Of a DNA stretch of 64,000 nt, positions 1 through 7,451 are shown piece by piece (the first letter of the stretch is position 1; every line of letters starts with the position of its first letter). The notes beneath the pieces are model-generated. The model was not told the origin of the DNA and ran no database searches. It was given only the letters and a program-made list of their open reading frames with translations. The stretch comes from an uncultured bacterium (GTDB taxonomy: Bacteria > JAJVIF01 > JAPKYR01): positions 1-64,000 of the forward strand of contig CBDURU010000004.1 in assembly GCA_965369865.1 (NCBI GenBank), written 5' to 3'. Both the position numbers and the translations under genes were made by a program.

Positions 1-74
1 TTGCCTTTGATCCATGGGAGTAACGCGCGGGCTTCGTCGAGGGAGAAATGTTTATCGTGCTGGATGGCTGTCAT
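1..74 (-). CDS. Partial CDS running off the left edge; N-terminus resembles DUF2203-family proteins
   Basis: Manual translation from the ATG at 74 gives MTAIQHDKHFSLDEARALLPWIKG..., matching the recalled F(T/S)LEEAxALLP N-terminal pattern; divergent from the gene at 146. Confidence 0.5.
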   Translation of the reverse strand, partial: MTAIQHDKHFSLDEARALLPWIKG

Positions 75-145
75 GATAAGCTGAGAACCATAATGCCGAA
101 AAAGTTGATTCAAGGCAAGTTCCGGGGTAGCATTATTGTGTTGGA

Positions 146-682
146 ATGAGACGATACGATTTCATAAACTGGTTCGAGGATGTCCGGGTCGGCACACGCC
201 GCCTGATCTCCATGATGCCCGAAGATTCATTCGAATTCCGGCTTCACTCGGATTCCCAAACCATGCTGGAGCTCGCGCAGGTGTTCGCGAAACTCGAGGA
301 ACAGTTTGTAAAGGGCGTGTGCACCGGCGACTGGACCGATCCGACTCACCCGACGGATACACGCAGCCAGCGATTCCACGCGTACGAGGAGGAGACAGAC
401 GATTTCCTTGATGAAAGCTGTGAAATCGAGTCTCCCGATACAATTGATGATATTCTCGATCACCTCGACCGTATTCACCAGGAAGCGCTTGATATCCTCG
501 CGGAGATTTCAGATGAGGAATTCCTGACGCTTCGTGTTGCCGTTCCATGGGGGGAGGAAGGGACGATCCAGAGGCTTTTGATCGGGATGGTGGAAAGGGA
601 AATCCACCATCGCAGTGAATTATATTTTGCCCTGAGGGGATATGGAGTGCCGGTATCGGAAATGATTATCTGGGGACCTTAG
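146..682 (+). CDS. DinB/YfiT-like four-helix-bundle protein, acidic
   Basis: 178 aa; MPEDSFEFR..SQTMLELA near the N-terminus and EIHHRSELYFALR near the C-terminus fit the DinB pattern. Confidence 0.75.
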   Translation: MRRYDFINWFEDVRVGTRRLISMMPEDSFEFRLHSDSQTMLELAQVFAKLEEQFVKGVCTGDWTDPTHPTDTRSQRFHAYEEETDDFLDESCEIESPDTIDDILDHLDRIHQEALDILAEISDEEFLTLRVAVPWGEEGTIQRLLIGMVEREIHHRSELYFALRGYGVPVSEMIIWGP

Positions 683-797
683 TTAATTTCCATGCAGGAT
701 TCCGCTTTGACTTGCTCATTAACCCGATTTAATGTAGATTTCTTCCTGTAATATGGGGGGGAAATAAAAATACCCGACGATCCGGGACGAAAAAGAA

Positions 798-2147
798 ATG
801 TTCAAGAATCCTATAAAAATAATCTCAAATTTCCTCTTATTCGCTATTATTTCGATGATTGGCGGCCTCGCATCTCCGGTGGTGTTCGCGCAGGGCGACC
901 TTTCGGATTTCAGGGAAACTTTCCAGGTGTTCGCACAGTCGCGGGACGCGTTCCGGACGTTCGACATCAGCCCGGATGAGGTTGTGTATCCGCTTCCCGA
1001 CGCATATACGATCGGTCCCGGGGACACGATGCAGATTATTTTGTCCGGTATGATAATGGACTCGATGGTTGTGCAGGTGGGTCCGCAGGGTGATATTTTT
1101 GTGCCACCCGCGGGGCTTCTAGATGTCGAAGGTTTAACTGTCGGTGAATTGACGGATTATGTCGATGTTGAATTATCCAACTACCTCATAAATTACGAGC
1201 TTCAAGTTCAACTCCTGAAAGCGCGGCGGATAAAGGTATATCTTCTCGGGCAGGTTCGACAGCCGGGGCAGTATATTTCCCTCGCCGGGACATCGGCAAT
1301 CGGCCTTATACAGACTGCCGGATCGCTGGTGACAAATCCCCAGACCATTAATTTTGAGGAACCCGAGATCGTTCATCCGTATTTTCGCGCGCTGACATCG
1401 GGCGCCGGACGATGGCTTGAGGTCTGGCGTGATGAAGAGCGGGTCGCGAGAATCGATATCGCTGAGGTTGCTATCCGGGGCAGGACTAGTGGGGATTTTG
1501 TCCTTGAAGACGGCGACGCTCTTTATATGGTGCCGAATTCGAATCCGGTTATCGTGCGGGGAGGAGTCTCGAGGCCGGGGACATATGAAATCCGGCAGAA
1601 TGATACCGTCCTTGATTTAATCGCCCAGGCGGGAGGGTACCGCGCGATGATGATGCTCAGCGATGTGGATGTGGAGCGTCCGAATCCGCCGGGTGAACCG
1701 GGAAGTACATTGATTGCGTTGAATCTTGCCGACCCGGATTTCAATCCGCGTGAATTCCAGCTCCAACCGGGCGACCTCCTTCGCGTACCGGAGGTAAAAG
1801 ACCTGGTTTATGTGCTGGGCGCGGTGTGGGGTCCGACTGCTGTTGATTTTCACGAGGGCTGGACTGTGCTCGATTACCTCGCGGAGGTTGGCGGACCGGT
1901 TGAGCCATCGGATCACAGCTCGATCAGGGTTATTAAATTCCCGTTGTCCGATGAGCAGGATATCGTCCATTTCAACATGAAAGACCTGTATATGGGTGAA
2001 GAGGTCCTGAATATCCCGATTGAACCGGGCGATCTGATCTGGGTACCCTGGGACAACCAGCCATACTATGGCGTGGGCGTGACAGGTGCGATCGCGACGA
2101 TCCTTGGTCAGACGCTGGGATTGATAAGGATATTGAGGGATTATTGA
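798..2147 (+). CDS. Polysaccharide biosynthesis/export protein with SLBB (beta-grasp) repeats, Wza/KpsD-like
   Basis: Signal peptide; YTIGPGD Poly_export motif; repeated V.G.V.RPG.Y and L.PGD.I.VP SLBB units. Confidence 0.85.
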   Translation: MFKNPIKIISNFLLFAIISMIGGLASPVVFAQGDLSDFRETFQVFAQSRDAFRTFDISPDEVVYPLPDAYTIGPGDTMQIILSGMIMDSMVVQVGPQGDIFVPPAGLLDVEGLTVGELTDYVDVELSNYLINYELQVQLLKARRIKVYLLGQVRQPGQYISLAGTSAIGLIQTAGSLVTNPQTINFEEPEIVHPYFRALTSGAGRWLEVWRDEERVARIDIAEVAIRGRTSGDFVLEDGDALYMVPNSNPVIVRGGVSRPGTYEIRQNDTVLDLIAQAGGYRAMMMLSDVDVERPNPPGEPGSTLIALNLADPDFNPREFQLQPGDLLRVPEVKDLVYVLGAVWGPTAVDFHEGWTVLDYLAEVGGPVEPSDHSSIRVIKFPLSDEQDIVHFNMKDLYMGEEVLNIPIEPGDLIWVPWDNQPYYGVGVTGAIATILGQTLGLIRILRDY

Positions 2148-2183
2148 TTTAACCCTCCCTGACTATGAAGCTACTGTGATGGG

Positions 2184-2211
2184 TTGCAATCCATCCCCGA
2201 CAGTTTATACT
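2184..2211 (+). promoter_or_regulatory. Putative sigma70-type promoter
   Basis: TTGCAA (2184-2189), 16-nt spacer, TATACT (2206-2211), 10 nt before the ATG at 2222. Confidence 0.5.
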
Positions 2212-2221
2212 ACCAACCGAG

Positions 2222-3364
2222 ATGTCTACAAATTCAACTGGCAATGAAAATTTACCCGTTCCTCTTATGGCGCCTCTGCGTGCTTTCCACGAACAGGAGA
2301 ACGAGATTCTGGAATCCGCCGCGCGGGTTCTTAAATCCGGGATGTGGGTTTATTCAAACGAGGGAAAGGCCCTTGAGAATGAACTTGCGCAATATATGGG
2401 ATGTAAACGTGCGGTCGTTGTAAGCTCCGGCACGGATGCACTTCTCCTTTCCCTAGAGGCCCTTGGAGTTAAACCCGGTGATGAGGTTATCACGCCCGCT
2501 TACTCGTTTTTTGCATCGGCATCGGTCATTCAGCATCTCGGAGCGATACCGGTATTCTGCGATGTCGACGAAAAGACTTTTAATATCAGTCCCGATGCGG
2601 TCGAAGCCAGGATTACTTCAAAAACGGTCGGGTTTATCGCGGTACACCTGTACGGCCTTCCGGCGGATATGACCCGTCTAAGGGAGATCGCCGACAGTCA
2701 TGGCATTTTTATTCTTGAGGATGCTGCCCAGGCGATCGGTGCAAAGGTCGATGGTCGGGCTGCCGGTACGCTGGGCGACCTCGCCGGGTTCAGCTTTTAT
2801 CCGACAAAAAATCTTTCCGCCTGCGGGGAGGGCGGATGCATTACCGGAACCGACATGGATGCGATCGAGGTCGCGTCGAAACTCAGAATTCACGGCGAAA
2901 CGGAACGGTACCATCACAGCCTTCTCGGGCGTAACTGCCGTATAGATGAATTACAAAGCTCAATAGTGAGATTGAGATTGAAAAAACTCCCGGAATGGAC
3001 CGGCCGCCGGCAGGAAATCGCGGAACGATATACCGACGCCTGGGCGGATCTCCCGTTAAGGGTGCCCTATGTTCCCGACGGGTTTGAACATGTTTATCAT
3101 CTCTACGTCATCAAATCCCGCGATCGCGACCGCCTGAGGGAATTCCTGAACGAAAGGAAGATAGGTAACGGTGTTTACTATCCGGTCTCTCTTCCCGGGC
3201 TTGAGATTTTTAAAGGCCTTGACTGCCATCCCCAGGAATTCCCTGTATCGGAACAATGTTGCCGCGAGGTTCTCGCCTTACCGATGTTCCCGCAGTTGAC
3301 CGATGAGGAAGTGGAGACGGTCATCCAAGCGGTTTACGATTTCCATGGCAGCCGGGGATTGTAA
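2222..3364 (+). CDS. DegT/DnrJ/EryC1/StrS family PLP-dependent sugar aminotransferase
   Basis: SGTDAL, VHLYG, EDAAQAIG and SFYPTKNL (PLP lysine) motifs. Confidence 0.93.
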   Translation: MSTNSTGNENLPVPLMAPLRAFHEQENEILESAARVLKSGMWVYSNEGKALENELAQYMGCKRAVVVSSGTDALLLSLEALGVKPGDEVITPAYSFFASASVIQHLGAIPVFCDVDEKTFNISPDAVEARITSKTVGFIAVHLYGLPADMTRLREIADSHGIFILEDAAQAIGAKVDGRAAGTLGDLAGFSFYPTKNLSACGEGGCITGTDMDAIEVASKLRIHGETERYHHSLLGRNCRIDELQSSIVRLRLKKLPEWTGRRQEIAERYTDAWADLPLRVPYVPDGFEHVYHLYVIKSRDRDRLREFLNERKIGNGVYYPVSLPGLEIFKGLDCHPQEFPVSEQCCREVLALPMFPQLTDEEVETVIQAVYDFHGSRGL

Positions 3365-3391
3365 GAATTAATTGACAATAGAATCCAACTG

Positions 3392-4927
3392 GTGAACGAA
3401 ATGTCAGACCGGAACAATATAAGCGAACACGACCGGCTTTCGGACGAACTCGAAAGCCGCAGAAATAACCTTAACCATTTCCTGGAGCACGGGATCAATC
3501 CATGGGGGGGTCGGTTCGAATCAACTCACGTGATCGATAAACTCCACTCGGCATACGGGGACGCCACTAAAGAAGCGTTGGAAGAAGAAAAACTTGAAGT
3601 GTCGCTTGCCGGACGGCTGGTCGCGCTTCGCAAGCATGGGAAAGTTCGATTCGGAAATATCCTCGATTCGTCCGGTTCGATCCAGTTGTTCCTTAAAATC
3701 AACGAGCTAGAGGAAAAGCCGGCGATCGAAGGAAATGAAATCAACCAGTGGGAGCTTCTCGACTGGTTGAATCTCGGCGACTGGATCGGTGTGTCCGGCA
3801 CATTAATGAAAACGAAGACGGGTGAATTAACGGTGCGGGTAACCGACTGGAAAATTCTCTCGAAAGCGCTTCGTCCGCTTCCCGAAAAATATCACGGTCT
3901 GCAGGATAAGGAACTCAGATACAGATTCAGGTATCTCGACCTGATCGCCAATCCGGATGTCAGGGAGGTTTTTGTCGCGCGGACCAATGTAATAAAATCG
4001 GTTCGTGAGGTTCTTGACAACCGGGGGTACATGGAAGTCGAGACTCCGGCGCTCCATAAAATTGCGGGGGGGGCTGCCGCAAAACCGTTTACCACCCATC
4101 ACAACGCGCTGGATATCGATCTTAGCCTCCGAATTTCGCTTGAACTCCACCTGAAGCGGCTGATGATCGGCGGGTTCGAGCGTGTTTACGAGATTGGACG
4201 AATCTTCCGTAACGAGGGGATGGATCGGGATCACAATCCTGAATTCACAATGCTTGAATCGTACGAGGCGTTTGGAAACCTCGATACGGTAATGGAAATG
4301 ACAGAGGAAATCTGCAGGAAAGCTGTCATGGCTGTAAGGGGCGAGACCACGACAAATTTCAGGGCTCACGTGCTCGATTTGGGTCCTGCGTTCGCGGTAA
4401 AGGATTACAGCGAACTTCTTAAAGAACACTCCGGTGTAGATATCAGGGGAGAACGTGACAGGGATGTTCTCTTCAAAGCCTGTAAAAACCGGAACCTCGA
4501 TGTCGAGGATGGCGCATCGGCAGGAAAATTGATCGACATTCTGTTTGATGAACTGGTCGAACCTAACCTGGTCCAGCCGACTTTCGTTATCAATTATCCG
4601 GTTGAGATGTCACCGCTTGCGAGGCTGCACCCCGAACGTCCGGGATTCGTACAGCGATTTGAATTATTCATCGCCGGGCATGAAATCGCCAACGCGTTTA
4701 CCGAGCTGAACGACCCGATCGATCAGAGGAAGCGTTTCGAAGCACAGGCGAAAATGCGTGCCGAAGGTGATGATGAGGCGCATCCGGTGGATGAGGATTT
4801 TATAAACGCTCTGGAACACGGGATGCCTCCGGCAGGAGGGTTGGGTCTTGGAATCGACCGACTGGTGATGCTCGCGACCGGCGCGCATTCGATCCGGGAT
4901 GTCATATTTTTCCCGATGATGAGGTAG
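3392..4927 (+). CDS. lysS: Lysine--tRNA ligase, class II
   Basis: N-terminal OB fold; LPEKYHGL, FRNEG..HNPEFT (motif 2) and GLGIDRL (motif 3). Confidence 0.97.
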   Translation: MNEMSDRNNISEHDRLSDELESRRNNLNHFLEHGINPWGGRFESTHVIDKLHSAYGDATKEALEEEKLEVSLAGRLVALRKHGKVRFGNILDSSGSIQLFLKINELEEKPAIEGNEINQWELLDWLNLGDWIGVSGTLMKTKTGELTVRVTDWKILSKALRPLPEKYHGLQDKELRYRFRYLDLIANPDVREVFVARTNVIKSVREVLDNRGYMEVETPALHKIAGGAAAKPFTTHHNALDIDLSLRISLELHLKRLMIGGFERVYEIGRIFRNEGMDRDHNPEFTMLESYEAFGNLDTVMEMTEEICRKAVMAVRGETTTNFRAHVLDLGPAFAVKDYSELLKEHSGVDIRGERDRDVLFKACKNRNLDVEDGASAGKLIDILFDELVEPNLVQPTFVINYPVEMSPLARLHPERPGFVQRFELFIAGHEIANAFTELNDPIDQRKRFEAQAKMRAEGDDEAHPVDEDFINALEHGMPPAGGLGLGIDRLVMLATGAHSIRDVIFFPMMR

Positions 4928-5020
4928 GCCCATATCTATCTGATATGGAAAAATTTTTCCATATGAAACATCCCAAGTATTCTGATAAGATTCTACCATC
5001 AACTGTCAGGAGGGGTCGTA

Positions 5021-6253
5021 ATGATCCGAAAGATACTCTCAACGCAAATAATTTTGTTAGTTTTAATGTTCAGCTTAGGGATATCCGGAACCGTATATGC
5101 ACAGACCGATGGATACGGTTCGGGAGATGGCATTGGGGATTCGGTTGCACCTGGCGATACACCCACATCGCTCGCAAACCTGATTGCATGGTGGAAAGCT
5201 AATAGCGGTATCGAAATGGGTGACCACGAACCGCGGTTCGGTGAGTGCAAAAAAGTTGTAGGTTTCAGGTTCGATTTCGGATGCAACTGGGACGCCGGGG
5301 ACTATATTCCCGAGGGAAAGGTAACCGAGGATTTAAAAATATTTTATTGTGCCATAGATGTCAACCATGAGAAAATTACATTAAATCAAAGGCCGGATCC
5401 AGAAACTGTTACTGATATATACTGGTCATTCCAGGCAACTGTTTACTACGAATGCGATACTCCAACGCTGACACTTACCCCGTCACCGGCATCGATCGAT
5501 GTCGGCGAAGACTCTACGGTTGATATCCAGATCAATTGTTTCGAAGCCGGCGGTGTCGGCGGAATGACAGTGAATTTGTGGCTTGAGACCGGGTCACCCG
5601 GTGATCTCAGCGAGCATGAAGCCACCACTGATGACAGCGGACACGCATCGGTGACCTTCCACTCTGACGGGGAAGGCACCGCGACAGTTAATGCCCAGGT
5701 TCTGGCATGTTCCAAGGAAGATAATACCCATACTAAAGACGCCAGTTGCCAGATAGAAGTCGGCGGCAGGAAACTCCAGGTGGACCTGATCTACATCGGT
5801 GAAGTAACCCAGGGGATCCAGTTCATGTCATCGTTCGTTCATCGAATGAAAATCGATATCGAAACTGCAGATAACGGGATTGTCAGCGGCTCTGGGGATG
5901 GCCAGACAACGTTTGATTTTGAGTATGAAAATGATACAGGGGAAGTGTATTCCGATAACTGGTCGGAGAGCGGATTCACAACGTGTGAGGCGGAGGGCAC
6001 GTTCGATGGGGAAACGTACACGATCAACATCGATACAACGGGGAATATCAGCTTCGAGCACGTAGTTGAAATACCGGGGCAGGAACCTATACGGATTCCG
6101 ATTGAAGAGTCTATTGACTGGGAGCAGTTGCTTGCGGAGCCTGTGGTGATCGCTGCTGATGATGACGCCACGTTCAGCACGTCGGGATCGTTCTCCTGGG
6201 GACTGACGTACATAATAAACGCAAAATGGGTGAAGGATGCAGGGGAAGGGTGA
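5021..6253 (+). CDS. Secreted acidic protein with an Ig-like (Big_1-like) domain, function unknown
   Basis: Signal peptide ending VYA-Q; ATTDDSGHASVTF..GTATVNA is typical of Big_1-type Ig folds. Confidence 0.6.
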   Translation: MIRKILSTQIILLVLMFSLGISGTVYAQTDGYGSGDGIGDSVAPGDTPTSLANLIAWWKANSGIEMGDHEPRFGECKKVVGFRFDFGCNWDAGDYIPEGKVTEDLKIFYCAIDVNHEKITLNQRPDPETVTDIYWSFQATVYYECDTPTLTLTPSPASIDVGEDSTVDIQINCFEAGGVGGMTVNLWLETGSPGDLSEHEATTDDSGHASVTFHSDGEGTATVNAQVLACSKEDNTHTKDASCQIEVGGRKLQVDLIYIGEVTQGIQFMSSFVHRMKIDIETADNGIVSGSGDGQTTFDFEYENDTGEVYSDNWSESGFTTCEAEGTFDGETYTINIDTTGNISFEHVVEIPGQEPIRIPIEESIDWEQLLAEPVVIAADDDATFSTSGSFSWGLTYIINAKWVKDAGEG

Positions 6254-6303
6254 TCAGGAGTCACCGTAAGGTCAAGCACCGACCAATGTCCAACCAATTC
6301 CAC

Positions 6304-6867
6304 TCATAATACCGGAAACGAGTCCTTATCGATTCGTATCGGCCCTTTCACATCATTCAACCAATCACCGGCACTCGACCAATACCATTGCGTCGGATCC
6401 TCAACCAATCCCTTTCTGACAGGATTATCATGGACATATTTAACAAATTTAACCAGTTCATCCTGATCCCGGAGATTCCTGTCGTAACCACCGGCATCCA
6501 GCCAGAATCTATATGGCTGCATTTTCTCATCAGTTGCGAATAGTCTGAGGATCTCCGGCATATTAACTCCCATCCAGTGTAACGTCATTTTGGCAGCGGG
6601 AAGTTTTATGGAATTCAATATTTCTGGGATTGAATAGTCATTGTTCTTTGGAAAAATCACAAGGTGCACATGATTGGGCATGATTACGTATGCCCAGAGG
6701 TCGAAATTATGATTAATGCGAGCTTTCTCAAGGGAGTTTATCAAGTACATCCGTGGGCGCCTGTAATTCAGGAAACTGCGGTATTTGTAACATGAGAAGG
6801 TTAATCCGTGAGGAATACCCGGTGAGTCGTAATGGAGGTGTTTCGGTTTCGGAGGTTTGGATTCCAT
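6304..6867 (-). CDS. REP-associated tyrosine transposase (RAYT; IS200-like Y1 HUH superfamily)
   Basis: H.LTFSC near the N-terminus; AYVIMPNHVHL (HUH); YVHDNPVRKGLV..WYWSS (catalytic Tyr and RAYT-type C-terminus); start taken at the ATG at 6867 (track start 6906). Confidence 0.88.
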   Translation of the reverse strand: MESKPPKPKHLHYDSPGIPHGLTFSCYKYRSFLNYRRPRMYLINSLEKARINHNFDLWAYVIMPNHVHLVIFPKNNDYSIPEILNSIKLPAAKMTLHWMGVNMPEILRLFATDEKMQPYRFWLDAGGYDRNLRDQDELVKFVKYVHDNPVRKGLVEDPTQWYWSSAGDWLNDVKGPIRIDKDSFPVL

Positions 6868-6981
6868 GGTTATCGTATAACGGTTGGGGAGAGAGAAAAC
6901 TGACATTTAAACAGGATTTTCAGAGAATTTATTTTGGAGTCACCACCGGATATTATTTTTATTCGAGTAAGGACTTAATTA

Positions 6982-7296
6982 TCAATTTCCCATAATTACC
7001 ACTTCGTCGAGTTGCCAGCCGGCTTTCATTGCGCTCATTGTGCCTGTTGCGGCGGCAAAACCGAGACGAATTCCGTTCGGATTGCCAAGCCAGGACGAAT
7101 CCAGATTATGTACCGATGCTCTCAGGAAATTTGGCTCGTCATCGTCGCAAAAACCCAGTTGCCCGATAAGCTGGTGATTTCCCATCAAAACGCAGTCGTA
7201 AGTATTTGCGAAACTTTCGAACATTATCGGAGTGCTGTTCCATGAAAAATCGGTGAGATAATTTTCACCATCGAGGATGTGTACGTTCCCGGAGGT
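6982..7296 (-). pseudogene. Probable C-terminal remnant of a secreted beta-sandwich protein
   Basis: The frame stays open 24 codons upstream of the track ATG to a TGA at 7297-7299; ends IRLGFAA...GWQLDEVVIMGN, a GWx(I/L)D(D/E)V-type terminal strand; no credible start or signal peptide. Confidence 0.35.
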
Positions 7297-7451
7297 TCAA
7301 ATTGGACGCAATAAATTCAAGCTTTATTATATAGATTATCGCATCAAATCGGGATTTTGGCAATATTGCATATGTATTCCTGAACCACAGCACCCAGTAT
7401 CGCTCTTGAAATTTGCAGGATTTCCTTTATATTTATATTATGCAGGATTTA

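Noticed and set aside
7012..7245. Cys-rich small ORF (CAHCACC) as a metal-binding peptide or cytochrome
   Set aside because: No CxxCH motif, SD or signal peptide; the opposite-strand frame looks more protein-like
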